Counted from the stretch's first letter, positions 26,511 to 37,208 are shown. The stretch: 64,000 nucleotides of DNA from Clostridiales bacterium (GCA_022793655.1 JAAWDG010000011.1:115135-179134), one strand, 5' to 3'. Notes: generated by a model not told the origin, from the sequence alone. Numbers and translations are program-made.

Positions 26511-28502
26511 TTAAATATCCGCATTAGATAAATATTCATGGCCATGCAGGGTAATAAACTCTTTACGGCCGGGTAGGTCGTCGCCGAGCAGTGTATCAAA
26601 AATTTTCGCTGTCTTTTCTGCATCCGCTTCAGAAATTTGAATTAAGCGTCTGGTGGCGGGGTTCATCGTGGTTTCCCACATCATGTCCGGTTCGTTTTCA
26701 CCTAATCCCTTGGAGCGCTGCAAAGTGTATTTTGCTTTGCCCAATTTATCTGTAATTTCTGTTTTCTCCTGTTCGGTGTAAGCAAAATAAATATCGTTTC
26801 CGCAGGTGATTTCATAAAGCGGCGATTCAGCAATGTAAACGCGGCCTCGTTTAATAAGTGTGGGCAGCAGTCGATAAAACATGGTCAAAATTAATGTTCG
26901 GATCTGAAAGCCGTCTTCGTCGGCATCGGTACAAATAATAATTTTATTCCATTTCAGCATATCGTAATCGAATTTGGCTATGTCCGCTTTTATTTTTTTG
27001 TCGAGCTCTACGCCGCAGCCAATGACACGAAGCAAATCAACAATAATGTCGCTTTTGAAAATGCGATCGTAAGAACTCTTTAAACAATTCAGGGTTTTTC
27101 CTCGAACTGGGATGATCGCCTGAAATTCGGCGGCTCTGCCAAGTTTACAAGAGGTAAGGGCAGAATCTCCCTCTACGATATAAAGTTCTCTTTTTTCAGG
27201 ATCTTTAGAACGGCAGTTGACGAATTTTTCAACCTTGTTGGCAATATCCATTTTGCCGGTAAGGTTGACTTTCACCTTGATACGGGCGCTTTCGGCCGAT
27301 TCACGTGAGCGTTTGTTAATTAGCACTTGATTGCCGATTTTTTCGGCCTCTAACGGATTCTCAATAAAATAAATTTCTAATTTTTCCTTTAAAAAGGAGG
27401 TCAGCGCTTCTGCGATGAATGTATTGGTAATTGCCTTTTTCGTCTGGTTCTCATAAGAGGTTTGGGTAGAAAAACTGTTCGTTACTAAAATCAGACAGTC
27501 CTCGACGTCTGCAAAGGTGATTTTGCTTTCGTTTTTGTTGTAACGGCTTTGTGCCTTGAGATATTTATCAATGGCGAATACAAAAGCGTTTTTAACCGCT
27601 TTTTCAGGTGCACCGCCGTGCTCCAAAAAGCTGGAGTTATGATAATATTCCAGCATTTTAGCTGTGTTGGAAAAACAAAAAGCAACCTCTGCCTTTAACT
27701 TATATTCTTTTTTATCGGCACGGTCTTTACCTGCGGTTTCTAAGTTCCATAAAACAGGTACAGTGAGCGCTGTTTCCCCCGCGGTCTCTTGCACATAATC
27801 GCCAATGCCGTTTTCGTAGAAAAATTCGTAGTTCTCAAACCCTTTTGCGGTTTCAAAGCGCAACACAAAGGTAATGCCTGCGTTTACAACTGATTGGCGC
27901 TTAAGTATGTCTAAAAAATATTCTTTGGGAATGGCAATGTCGGTAAATACCTCAAGATCTGGTTTCCAATTGATCATGGTACCGCTTTTTTGCTCAGCGC
28001 CAATCGCTTCTTTTTTGGCAAGTTCACCTTTGGGTTCGCCTTTTTCAAAATTCATTTCATAGACAAAACGGCCGTCTTTTGAGACGACATGCATATATTC
28101 AGAAGAGTATTGGGTCGCGCAAGCACCAAGACCATTGAGCCCTAAAGAATATTGATAGGAAGCACGGTCCGAATCATTGTTGTACTTGCCGCCTGCGTAT
28201 AATTCGCAGAAAACAAGTTCCCAGTTATATCGTTGTTCTTTTTCATTGTAGTCAAGCGGAATACCGCGTCCAAAATCCTCGACTTGCATGGAATGATCTG
28301 CATAAACGGTCATAATCACCTTGCTGCCAAAGCCCTCTCTTGCTTCGTCAACTGCATTGGAGAGGATTTCAAATGCCGAATGCTGGCATCCCTCAAGACC
28401 GTCTGAACCAAAAATAACGGCGGGGCGTTTTCGGACACGATCGGCTCCTTTTAACGAGGTGATACTGGTATTGCCATAATTGTTATTGGGGATAGATGAC
28501 AT
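26511..28502 (-). CDS. Type IIA DNA topoisomerase subunit B (GyrB/ParE family, divergent)
   Basis: GHKL ATPase FEILSNAVDE, LGLNGLGA, Toprim ELYIVEGDSA, and C-terminal KGLGE. No A subunit in the window. Confidence 0.8.
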   Translation of the reverse strand: MSSIPNNNYGNTSITSLKGADRVRKRPAVIFGSDGLEGCQHSAFEILSNAVDEAREGFGSKVIMTVYADHSMQVEDFGRGIPLDYNEKEQRYNWELVFCELYAGGKYNNDSDRASYQYSLGLNGLGACATQYSSEYMHVVSKDGRFVYEMNFEKGEPKGELAKKEAIGAEQKSGTMINWKPDLEVFTDIAIPKEYFLDILKRQSVVNAGITFVLRFETAKGFENYEFFYENGIGDYVQETAGETALTVPVLWNLETAGKDRADKKEYKLKAEVAFCFSNTAKMLEYYHNSSFLEHGGAPEKAVKNAFVFAIDKYLKAQSRYNKNESKITFADVEDCLILVTNSFSTQTSYENQTKKAITNTFIAEALTSFLKEKLEIYFIENPLEAEKIGNQVLINKRSRESAESARIKVKVNLTGKMDIANKVEKFVNCRSKDPEKRELYIVEGDSALTSCKLGRAAEFQAIIPVRGKTLNCLKSSYDRIFKSDIIVDLLRVIGCGVELDKKIKADIAKFDYDMLKWNKIIICTDADEDGFQIRTLILTMFYRLLPTLIKRGRVYIAESPLYEITCGNDIYFAYTEQEKTEITDKLGKAKYTLQRSKGLGENEPDMMWETTMNPATRRLIQISEADAEKTAKIFDTLLGDDLPGRKEFITLHGHEYLSNADI

Positions 28503-28625
28503 GTTTTTTCCTGCCTAACTTCATTTCTCTCCTTAAAGAATACCTTTTTTTTCGCATTTTGTCAATAATCAGACTGATTGCTGTATCTTAAAGCAGGGCG
28601 GGATTATGATTTTTGACCCATATAT

Positions 28626-28654
28626 GAAAAAACGCTGAAATTCAGCGTTTTTTG
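28626..28654. terminator. Bidirectional terminator
   Basis: aaaaaacgctgaaattcagcgtttttt. Confidence 0.65.
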
Positions 28655-28675
28655 TGTCTTGAAAAGTGGAATCTA

Positions 28676-29014
28676 TTATTTGTATTTTTGCTGTACCTTG
28701 GCGGGCAGTTCGTCATATTGAACCTCCTCCCAGCGATGAACGCCAAGGGCCCGGACCTCTAAGAGAATATAGGCATCTTCTCGTAGCTCTCTTGAAGTTT
28801 TAAACTTTAATTTTTTTTTCTTTCCTTGTTTGTTATAGCATTCCAAAGTATATTCAAATTTCATATTATCGCTTGTGGAAAGCTCTTTCATCTTCGTATT
28901 GTCAATTTGTGAGTAGTAGATGCCTTTGTGGTTTTCAAAATAGTAAAAACCGCCTGCGATGCAGCAGATTACGAGCAAAATACTTCCCGCCAAAATTAAA
29001 CCTTTTCTTTTCAT
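28676..29014 (-). CDS. YxeA-family small exported protein (DUF1093)
   Basis: N-terminal TM/signal followed by YYSQIDN...KFEYTLECYNKQGKKKKLKF, typical of the yxeA family. Confidence 0.65.
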   Translation of the reverse strand: MKRKGLILAGSILLVICCIAGGFYYFENHKGIYYSQIDNTKMKELSTSDNMKFEYTLECYNKQGKKKKLKFKTSRELREDAYILLEVRALGVHRWEEVQYDELPAKVQQKYK

Positions 29015-29135
29015 TTTCTATTTCTTCCTTTCATATGAACTGAGACTATTATAACGAATAAAAGGGAGCATCACTATAGTTCTGACTTACATAATGCGCT
29101 TTGTTCTTACACTTTTGTAAGACAGGTATATGAAA

Positions 29136-29164
29136 ATGAAAAAGCACTGATTTTCAATCAGTGC
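29136..29164 (-). terminator. Terminator of tRNA-Gln
   Basis: gcactgatt/aatcagtgc stem, followed on the minus strand by ttttcatttt. Confidence 0.6.
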
Positions 29165-29168
29165 TTTG

Positions 29169-29244
29169 TGGCTGCGGCACTAGGATTCGAACCTAGGAAA
29201 TGACGGAGTCAGAGTCCGTTGCCTTACCGCTTGGCGATGCCGCA
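29169..29244 (-). tRNA. tRNA-Gln (anticodon CUG), CCA encoded
   Basis: Reverse complement TGCGGCATCGCCAAGCGGTAAGGCAACGGACTCTGACTCCGT...GGTTCGAATCCTAGTGCCGCAGCCA. U1-A72 pair and a D-arm near-identical to E. coli tRNA-Gln. Confidence 0.93.
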
Positions 29245-29272
29245 ATATGAATTTGACTTGAACACGGTGCTT

Positions 29273-29301
29273 ATTATAGCAAATTCGTCTTGTTTTGTCA
29301 A
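29273..29301 (-). promoter_or_regulatory. Promoter of tRNA-Gln
   Basis: Minus strand: TTGACA, 17 nt, TATAAT. Confidence 0.65.
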
Positions 29302-29487
29302 TATTATTCTTTCCCTTTTTCAAAAATAATTCCAATTGTTTTTGTTATATGCTGTATTGGGGAAAAAACAAACTTGATTCGTCAAAAAACGCGGGAATGT
29401 GCAATGTTTTTTGCGTATTCATGAAAAAAGAGAAGCAATAAAAGAAAAAACGCAGATGTTTTGACGAAGAAAAATTAGCCAGTAGTC

Positions 29488-29516
29488 TTGAACAACAGGG
29501 CATAATGTAGTACAAT
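29488..29516 (+). promoter_or_regulatory. Candidate murD promoter
   Basis: TTGAAC, 17 nt, TACAAT. Confidence 0.5.
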
Positions 29517-29624
29517 AAATTGGTTTAGAACATACTTTATAGGAGGCGAAGAGAGGAAAACAGTCTCAGTTAAAATTTAGTTTTTTTAGAAAATAAAACG
29601 ATTTGTTTTGGAAATGAGGGTATA

Positions 29625-30989
29625 ATGAATCCACGTTATCTCGCTTTTAAAGAGTATGTCAAGGGTAAACGAGTCGATGTGATCGGTATGGGTGTTTCCA
29701 ATACGCCGGTGGTCGATATGCTTCTTGACATGGGTGCCAAAGTGTGTGCCCGGGATGTGAAAAAAAGAGAAGAGAAGGCCGACTTAGCCGATATGTTAGA
29801 GCAAAAAGGCGTGCGGGTACTTTTCGGCGAGCATTATTTAGAGAATCTTGATACAGACATGATTCTCAAAGCGCCAGGCATTCGCTTTGACCGGACAGAG
29901 TTTGTTAAAGCCGTGGCCGATGGTGCCGTGTTGACCAGTGAAATGGAACTTTTTTTTGCGCTTTGTCCCGCCACGATTTTTGGGGTAACCGGCAGTGACG
30001 GCAAAACCACGACGACTACATTAATCTATGAGATGTTAAAACGTCAGCATGGTCGGGTCTATGTGGGCGGTAACATTGGGCAGCCGCTCTTGCCGCTGGT
30101 ACATGAAATGAAAGAAGAAGACTTTGCGGTTGTAGAACTTTCCAGCTTTCAGCTTCATACCATGAAGCGCTCGCCTGATGTGGCGGTAATCACCAATGTG
30201 AGTCCGAATCATTTGGACTGGCACACCGGTATGCAAGAATATATCGATGCAAAGAAAAATATGTTTCGTTATCAAACAGCGAGAGGCCGGTTGGTGCTCA
30301 ATTTTGAAAATGAAGGGACCAGGGCTATGGCAGACGAGGCGCCAGCACCAGTGACCTTTTTCTCCTCGAAAGGGCAGCCTAAAGGCGCGCATGCGGTTTA
30401 CGAGAGAGAGGGTGCCATTTATCTTGATCAAGAAAAAATCTTAAATACTGATGATATTCTGATTCCCGGCCAACACAATGTGGAAAACTATATGGCGGCG
30501 ATCGGCGCCGTACAAGGATTTGTGGATAAAGAGAATATCAGAGAGGTAGCAAGAACTTTTCCGGGTGTCGAACATCGTATTGAGTTTGTTAGAGAACATA
30601 AAGGCGTGTTGTATTATAACAGCAGCATTGATTCCAGTCCAACCCGTACAGAGGCGGCGCTTCGCTCGTTTAAGCAAAAAGTCATTGTTATTTTAGGCGG
30701 TTATGATAAAAACATTCCATTTGAACCATTAGCCGTGCCGGTGAAGGAGTGCGTCAAAGCGGCCATTTTAACTGGAAAAACAGCTGACAAAATCGAGAAC
30801 GCGTTAAAGGATACCGGTGTTCCGCTCTATCGTGCGTCCGATTTGGCCCATGCGGTACATACTGCGTCTGATTTAGCAAGAGAAGGCGATATTGTCTTGC
30901 TTTCACCGGCTTGCGCCAGCTTTGATGCATTTGCTAATTTTATGGAAAGAGGAAATATATTTAAGGAGCTTGTAAAGGAACTATCATGA
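29625..30989 (+). CDS. murD: UDP-N-acetylmuramoylalanine--D-glutamate ligase
   Basis: GVTGSDGKTTTTTLIYEML P-loop. Mur ligase middle and C-terminal domains. 454 aa. Confidence 0.9.
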   Translation: MNPRYLAFKEYVKGKRVDVIGMGVSNTPVVDMLLDMGAKVCARDVKKREEKADLADMLEQKGVRVLFGEHYLENLDTDMILKAPGIRFDRTEFVKAVADGAVLTSEMELFFALCPATIFGVTGSDGKTTTTTLIYEMLKRQHGRVYVGGNIGQPLLPLVHEMKEEDFAVVELSSFQLHTMKRSPDVAVITNVSPNHLDWHTGMQEYIDAKKNMFRYQTARGRLVLNFENEGTRAMADEAPAPVTFFSSKGQPKGAHAVYEREGAIYLDQEKILNTDDILIPGQHNVENYMAAIGAVQGFVDKENIREVARTFPGVEHRIEFVREHKGVLYYNSSIDSSPTRTEAALRSFKQKVIVILGGYDKNIPFEPLAVPVKECVKAAILTGKTADKIENALKDTGVPLYRASDLAHAVHTASDLAREGDIVLLSPACASFDAFANFMERGNIFKELVKELS

Positions 30990-32233
30990 ATTCACAAAAA
31001 ACAAAGGATTTAATAAAAGAAGCAGAAGAAAAATTAAAAGATTCGTTTGAAAGATTTGATGAAATTGCTTTTTTAAACACGCAAAAAGTGATGGCGGCGT
31101 TTCAGCATAATCGGGTAGGCGATGCCTGCTTTATGCCTACGACAGGCTATGGTTATGATGACAAAGGGCGCGAGACGTTAGACGCTGTGTATGCAGAGGT
31201 GTTTGGTGCGCCGGCTGCTTTGGTGCGGCACAGCATTGTCAGCGGCACGCAAGCGTTGACTATTGGCCTTTTCGGCCTGTTACGGACGGGGGACACGATG
31301 CTTTCCATTACAGGAAAGCCTTATGATACGTTAGAAGAAGTGATTGGTATAGCCGGAACGCCTGGGAACGGCTCGCTGCGCGATTTTGGCGTTAAATATC
31401 AAGAAATTGATGTGTTAGAGAGCGATGGTTTGGTATTGGCGCGTATCGATCAGGCATTGGCAGAAAACACAAACGTGAAAGTTGTCTTTATTCAGCGTTC
31501 TAAGGGATATTTAAATCGCCGTACTCTGTCGGTAGAAGAAATAGGCCGTATGGTGGCCTATGTAAAAGAGCGCAGTGACGCTTATGTGGTCATTGATAAC
31601 TGTTATGGTGAGTTTACTGAAATTATTGAGCCAACAGCGGTGGGGGCCGATTTGATCATTGGTTCGCTGATTAAAAATCCAGGCGGCGGCCTTGCGCAAA
31701 GCGGCGGCTATTTAGCCGGCAGCGAACGGGCTGTTGAGCTTTGTTCTTATCGTTTAACCAGTGTGGGTATCGGTGCTGAGGCTGGCGCAACATTAGGGCA
31801 TAATCGCGAACTGTTCCAAGGCTTTTTCTTTGCGCCGCATACCGTGGCGCAGGCGCTTAAAACAGCGGCGCTTGCTGCCTATGTTTTTGAGCAGTTGGGC
31901 TTCGAGGTAGAGCCAAGACCTTTTGATCGACGCTATGACATTATTCAATCGGTAAAATTGGGCAGTGCCGAGAAATTGTGCGCCTTTTGTCAAGGCATAC
32001 AGCATGGTTCACCAGTGGATTCGTTTGTCACGCCTGAGCCATGGGCTATGCCAGGTTATCAGGACCAGGTCATTATGGCGGCGGGCACTTTCACACAAGG
32101 TGCTTCGATTGAGCTTTCAGCCGACGGCCCTTTGAGAGCGCCTTTTACGGCTTATTTCCAAGGGGGACTCACCTATGAAAGCGGTAAAATTGGTATTATG
32201 AGCGCGGCTGATGCTGTGTTGAACAGCAAGTAA
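30986..32233 (+). CDS. Methionine gamma-lyase-family PLP protein (YnbB / aluminium-resistance-like)
   Basis: TTGYGYDDKGRETLD...SGTQAL...GSLIKNPGGG family signature. ATGA overlap with murD. Confidence 0.75.
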   Translation: MNSQKTKDLIKEAEEKLKDSFERFDEIAFLNTQKVMAAFQHNRVGDACFMPTTGYGYDDKGRETLDAVYAEVFGAPAALVRHSIVSGTQALTIGLFGLLRTGDTMLSITGKPYDTLEEVIGIAGTPGNGSLRDFGVKYQEIDVLESDGLVLARIDQALAENTNVKVVFIQRSKGYLNRRTLSVEEIGRMVAYVKERSDAYVVIDNCYGEFTEIIEPTAVGADLIIGSLIKNPGGGLAQSGGYLAGSERAVELCSYRLTSVGIGAEAGATLGHNRELFQGFFFAPHTVAQALKTAALAAYVFEQLGFEVEPRPFDRRYDIIQSVKLGSAEKLCAFCQGIQHGSPVDSFVTPEPWAMPGYQDQVIMAAGTFTQGASIELSADGPLRAPFTAYFQGGLTYESGKIGIMSAADAVLNSK

Positions 32234-32260
32234 AGAAATGGTTATCGTAAAATAGAAAAT

Positions 32261-32304
32261 AAAAAAATCCCTGATAGATTTTAAGTTCTATCAGGGATTT
32301 TTGG
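32261..32304. terminator. Bidirectional terminator
   Basis: 14-bp stem aaatccctgataga/tctatcagggattt. Confidence 0.75.
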
Positions 32305-32348
32305 TGTTATATATGTCCATGCAATTATATCTTATTCTAATGGCATTT

Positions 32349-33461
32349 TTATGCATGTTTGCTATGCATTTGAATAAAAGTGCAAATGTCTTGCGATGCA
32401 TTTGAATTGACATATGCCTTTTGTTTTTTCATCATTGCCAGACGACGATTATTATCTGCAATCAGGTCTAACACATTTTGCATGTCTTTATTGTTTTTAT
32501 AAATGATAGACATGCCTCTTTCCGAAAAGAAGCGCGCGTTTTTTGTTTCACAGCCGGGAATCGGTTTGGTATGAACCAACGGAACACCCAAAACGGCTGC
32601 TTCGGTAGAGGAAAGTCCGCCAGGTTTGGTAAAAACAATATCGGCTGCCCTCATATAAAGGTCAGCTTGATTGGTAAATGTGATCGCATGTATCTTGTCG
32701 CCAAAAAGACGTTCTAAACGCATTTTGAGTTTTTCGTTATGGCCGACTAATACGGTATATTCAAACGAATCGTCTAAATGTTTCATGATATGATAGAGAA
32801 TCATCTCAATTCGTCCAAAACCCATACTGCCGCACATAATAAGCGCCTGTTTTTTATGGCGAGAGAGTCCTAATATATCTCTTGCCTGTTCTTTTTCATG
32901 AGCTGAGGGATGAAAAGAAAATTTTTCCGAACAGGGAATCCCCAGCGCAATGCGCTGTTCGGGCGAAACTCCACGATATTCATGCGCGATATCCTGATGC
33001 GGTATGAAATAATAATCCGGCTTTGTCTCTTCATTGAAGGGAGAACAGGTATAATCAGTGGCTACAAAATAAAAAGCAAACGAATCATCACAGGTACGCC
33101 GTATGCGCGTTAATGCTTCGGCGGGGAAAAGATGTGTACAGATAACCGTATCAAAGCCGCCGGCTTTCATATATTCGCGAATTGGCTTTGCGTATTTCAG
33201 ATTGAAAAGATAGACAGGCGAGCGGCCGCCCGGATGGCTGATCCATCCGGCCAGTTTGTATACAGCACCAAATAATGTGCTCATATTGACCGCCACAAAA
33301 CTGTATAGAGCCGCTGCTTGTTTGGTTCGTTTTCGTTGAATTAAGGAATGCATATCGCGCAGTTCGCAAATAATTCCTTGTTTTTCAAATTGCTCTTTTA
33401 GTGCAAGACCTGCTGAGTTATGACCGCCTCCGGTAGAACAAGATAAAATCAATACTTTCAT
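32349..33461 (-). CDS. MGDG-synthase-family glycosyltransferase (GT28, diacylglycerol glycosyltransferase-like)
   Basis: MKVLILSCSTGGGHNSAG N-terminus and C-terminal GT-B motif KPGGLSSTEA. Confidence 0.75.
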   Translation of the reverse strand: MKVLILSCSTGGGHNSAGLALKEQFEKQGIICELRDMHSLIQRKRTKQAAALYSFVAVNMSTLFGAVYKLAGWISHPGGRSPVYLFNLKYAKPIREYMKAGGFDTVICTHLFPAEALTRIRRTCDDSFAFYFVATDYTCSPFNEETKPDYYFIPHQDIAHEYRGVSPEQRIALGIPCSEKFSFHPSAHEKEQARDILGLSRHKKQALIMCGSMGFGRIEMILYHIMKHLDDSFEYTVLVGHNEKLKMRLERLFGDKIHAITFTNQADLYMRAADIVFTKPGGLSSTEAAVLGVPLVHTKPIPGCETKNARFFSERGMSIIYKNNKDMQNVLDLIADNNRRLAMMKKQKAYVNSNASQDICTFIQMHSKHA

Positions 33462-33466
33462 TAATT

Positions 33467-34495
33467 TTAAATAAGATCGGCAATCTCATAAATCAATTTT
33501 TGCGATTTTTCCCAACCTAAGCAGGGGTCTGTAATTGATTTGCCGTATATGCCTTCACCAATTTTTTGACAGCCGTCTTCAATATAACTTTCGATCATAA
33601 AACCGGCTAACATTTTTTGAATGTCTTGGTTGTGTCTTGCTGAGTGCAGCACTTCTTTGCAAATGCGTATCTGCTCAAGCGGTTTTTTGCCGGAATTGGC
33701 ATGGTTAGCATCAACTACTAAGCTGATATTTTCAAGGCCAGCTTTGCAATATTGCTCATGTAAAAATGCTAAATCCTCATAGTGATAGTTGGGCAGCGAT
33801 TCACCATGTTTATTGACATAGCCACGCAAAATCGCATGAGCGTGGGTATTACCAGTGGTGTTGACTTCCCATCCTCTGTAAACAAAAGAATGGGGATGTT
33901 GGGCTGCTTTAATGGCATTGAGCATGACTGAAAGGTCACCACTGGTCGGATTTTTCATACCTACCGGAACGTCAATGCCGCTGGAAACTAACCGATGTTC
34001 TTGGTTTTCCACTGATCTTGCACCAATGGCTACATAGGACAAAAGATCAGAAAGATAACGATGATTCGCGGGGTAGAGCATTTCATCCGCGCTGGAAAGA
34101 CCTGTTTCAGTCAGACACCGTGTATGCAGTTCACGAATCGAGAGGATGCCTTTATATACATCAGGTTTTCCTTCTGGATCGGGCTGGTGTACCATGCCTT
34201 TATAACCGTCACCTGTCGTACGGGGTTTGTTGGTGTAGATTCGGGGAATGAGCACCAATTTATCAGCTACCTCATCCTGTATTTTTTTCAGACGATAGAT
34301 ATAGTCCATGACAGGCGCTTCAGCGTCGGCTGAACAGGGGCCGATGACTAAAAGCAGCTTATTTGATTTACCTTCAATGATTTCCTTGATTTCATCGTCT
34401 CTTTTTTTCTTAGCGGCGATTGCCTTTTCGCTAAGAGGATATTTTTCTTTGGTTTCCTTTGGAATCGGCAATTTCCTTAAAAATTCCATAGACAT
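33467..34495 (-). CDS. 3-deoxy-7-phosphoheptulonate (DAHP) synthase, class I
   Basis: LLLVIGPCS, KPRTT, GARSVENQEHR and IMIESY motifs. Confidence 0.85.
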   Translation of the reverse strand: MSMEFLRKLPIPKETKEKYPLSEKAIAAKKKRDDEIKEIIEGKSNKLLLVIGPCSADAEAPVMDYIYRLKKIQDEVADKLVLIPRIYTNKPRTTGDGYKGMVHQPDPEGKPDVYKGILSIRELHTRCLTETGLSSADEMLYPANHRYLSDLLSYVAIGARSVENQEHRLVSSGIDVPVGMKNPTSGDLSVMLNAIKAAQHPHSFVYRGWEVNTTGNTHAHAILRGYVNKHGESLPNYHYEDLAFLHEQYCKAGLENISLVVDANHANSGKKPLEQIRICKEVLHSARHNQDIQKMLAGFMIESYIEDGCQKIGEGIYGKSITDPCLGWEKSQKLIYEIADLI

Positions 34496-34543
34496 CGATC
34501 TTTCTCCTTTCTTGCGCGGGCGTTAAAGCAGCCACCCGCATGC

Positions 34544-35755
34544 TTACTTAGCTTTGGTTACGATTTCTTTTGTATCAGAAGCAATCATAAATTCCTCATC
34601 AGTGGGAATTACATATACTTTGACTTTTGAATCTTTTGTAGAAAGTTCTACAATATTGGGCTGACGAAGTATTTTCTGGTTGAGTTCTTGGTCAAATTGA
34701 ATGCCAAAACAGTCCATGTCGGTGAGTACCCGTTCACGTAACTGCGGATTGTTTTCGCCAAGACCTGCCGTAAAGACAATGGCGTCAAGTCCGTTCATAG
34801 CAGCAGCATAGGAGCCAATGGTTTTCTTAACTTGATAAGCTAATATTTCGGCTGTTAATAACGCTTGGTGGCTGCCGGCTTCGATGGCAGCTTCAATATC
34901 ACGGCTGTCGGAAGAGATTTCAGAAACACCAGCGATGCCGCACTGTTTGTTCATATAATCATTCATTTGGTCAGGTGTAAGCCCCTCTTTATCCATAATG
35001 AAAGTAACGATTGCAGGGTCGATTGAACCGCAGCGCGTACCCATTAACAAGCCATCAAGCGGGGTAAAGCCCATCGAGGTGTCAATTACCTTACCGTCTT
35101 TGACGGCAGAAACAGAAGAACCGTTGCCAATATGGCAGGTGACAATATGTGTGCCGGCTGCTTCACCACCTAAGAGTTCGATCGCTTTCATAGAAACAAA
35201 ACGATGTGAGGTACCATGGGCGCCATATTTACGGATATGATATTTATCTGCAATTTGTTTAGAAATGCCATAGGTGTAGGCATAATCCGGCATAGTTTGA
35301 TGAAAGGCAGTGTCAAAAACCAATACCTGTGGTACGTTTGGCATAGTGGCTAAGCAGGCTTCAATGCCCATGATATGGGCCGGTGTATGAAGGGGAGCAA
35401 ATTCGACGCATTTTTTTAACTTGTCCATCACTTCGTCAGTGACAAGGCAGCTCTCAAAAAAGTAAGGACCGCCATGTACAACCCGGTGACCTACTGCTTC
35501 AATTTCACTCATATCAGAAAGGCAGCCCATCGATGGGTCTGTCAGGGCATTGATCACTTCTTTCATTGCCTCCGAATGATTATTCATGCTGACATTCGAT
35601 TCGATCGAAGAACCATCTGCATTTTTGTGTTTAATAAGACTTTCGTCAAGTCCAATTCTTTCGCAAATTCCTTTCGCTAACACGGTGTTGTTATTCATGT
35701 CGAAAAGCTGATATTTTAAGGAGGAGCTCCCGGCGTTTACAACGAGTACTTTCAT
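34544..35755 (-). CDS. ackA: Acetate kinase
   Basis: MKVLVVNAGSSSLKYQLF, VGHRVVHGG, HGTSH, TAGLGEN. Confidence 0.93.
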   Translation of the reverse strand: MKVLVVNAGSSSLKYQLFDMNNNTVLAKGICERIGLDESLIKHKNADGSSIESNVSMNNHSEAMKEVINALTDPSMGCLSDMSEIEAVGHRVVHGGPYFFESCLVTDEVMDKLKKCVEFAPLHTPAHIMGIEACLATMPNVPQVLVFDTAFHQTMPDYAYTYGISKQIADKYHIRKYGAHGTSHRFVSMKAIELLGGEAAGTHIVTCHIGNGSSVSAVKDGKVIDTSMGFTPLDGLLMGTRCGSIDPAIVTFIMDKEGLTPDQMNDYMNKQCGIAGVSEISSDSRDIEAAIEAGSHQALLTAEILAYQVKKTIGSYAAAMNGLDAIVFTAGLGENNPQLRERVLTDMDCFGIQFDQELNQKILRQPNIVELSTKDSKVKVYVIPTDEEFMIASDTKEIVTKAK

Positions 35756-35978
35756 TTTTATTTATCCTTTCTGTTTGTTATTCAAATAAGCGGCCGCTTG
35801 GCGTTGCTTATTTCATTGACAATGATGATTGAACATGATAAAATAATTTATCTTAACCATAATGCCGCACGGATACAATTATTTTATTTTGTTGCAATTT
35901 CGTTTTTTATTATACATGAAGAAACCAATATTTTCAAGGATAAAACCATAATTTACGGCATTTTATTAGGAGGTGGGC

Positions 35979-37115
35979 ATGGCGGTTGTTGCAGTGATCT
36001 GTGAATATAATTTGTTTCATAATGGTCATGAGCGTCTTTTGGCCCATATTCGACGTCAGTTTGGTGAAGAAACGGTTATTCTTTCATTAATGAGCGGCCA
36101 TTTTACCCAGCGCGGCCTTTTTGCAGCAACCGATAAATATACCAGAGCACATGCAGCTTTATTGGGCGGCAGTGATTTGACATTAGAGCTGCCTATGCCG
36201 TATTGCTGCGGCGTAGCAGAGCAGTTCGCCTTAGGCGCTGTACGATTGTTAGAGGCGCTTGGGGGGGTGGATGTACTCGCGTTTGGCAGTGAATGCGGTC
36301 AGATAGAGCGGCTATCAGCTATTGCCCAAAATCGCCAGTCTGCTGGATTTAAAGCGGCTCTTGCCAAAGAGCTGGCCGTAGCACCGGCAGATGAATCGTA
36401 TCTTAAGACACAAGACAGGGTATATGCTATGTTGTTTGGCCCTGCATCTTTAGGCGCTAACGATATATTGGCTGTCGAATATCTTAGCGCGTTGCATCAT
36501 ATTCATAGTACCATTGTGCCGTATATATGTAAGCGTGAGGGAAGTGAAACGGCTACCGAGGCCCGGCAGATTTTTTTAAACCAAGGGGCGGCAGGGTTAA
36601 CAGACCTTGTACCGGCGGCGGTTTTGCCTGTTTTCAGACAGGCGGAACGTTCTTTGCCCCAGTGGGTGCAAAGCGCCATTTTATGGACGCTGCGAACAGC
36701 TGATCCTGTTTATTTGGCTTCGCTTGCCGATTTTAATGAGGATTTAGCGCATCGATTCGTTTATCAAGCCGGGCGGGCTAACAGCCTTTCTGATTTTTAC
36801 GACCGCTGTGTAGCTAAAACATATACCAGAGCACGCATCCGGCGCTGTACCCTTTATGCAATGCTTGGGATTACAAAGAAAGATTTTTTGGATTTACCAT
36901 CTTATACTTTACTGCTTTCAGCGAATGCGCGTGGACGAGGGCTTTTACGCGTACTAAAGAAATGTTCACGCATCCCCATTTACATGAAAGGTGTTCAAGC
37001 GCAAACACCGTTAAGCATAAGAGCGGACGCGCTGTATACGCTGTCTTTAGAGGGAAGCAAGAATCACGGCGGGATTTTGCAAAAAAATCCAGTGCTTTTG
37101 TTGGATGATGAATAA
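35979..37115 (+). CDS. tmcAL: tRNA(Met) cytidine acetate ligase (TmcAL / UPF0348 nucleotidyltransferase)
   Basis: VICEYNLFHNGHERLL HxGH-type motif. ATG at 35979 follows aggagg. Confidence 0.7.
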   Translation: MAVVAVICEYNLFHNGHERLLAHIRRQFGEETVILSLMSGHFTQRGLFAATDKYTRAHAALLGGSDLTLELPMPYCCGVAEQFALGAVRLLEALGGVDVLAFGSECGQIERLSAIAQNRQSAGFKAALAKELAVAPADESYLKTQDRVYAMLFGPASLGANDILAVEYLSALHHIHSTIVPYICKREGSETATEARQIFLNQGAAGLTDLVPAAVLPVFRQAERSLPQWVQSAILWTLRTADPVYLASLADFNEDLAHRFVYQAGRANSLSDFYDRCVAKTYTRARIRRCTLYAMLGITKKDFLDLPSYTLLLSANARGRGLLRVLKKCSRIPIYMKGVQAQTPLSIRADALYTLSLEGSKNHGGILQKNPVLLLDDE

Positions 37116-37208
37116 AGAAAAGGTTTTTGCTTCAATTATAAAATAGGTATTGCAAAATGATTAAAAATAAGGTATGATATAGAAAGATATTACGACGGAG
37201 GTGCTGGT

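Noticed and set aside
35788-35799. Palindrome AAGCGGCCGCTT upstream of ackA as a CcpA cre site
   Set aside because: It is centred on GGCC with different spacing from the cre consensus (TGNAANCGNTNNCA). It is noted only as a perfect 12-bp palindrome.
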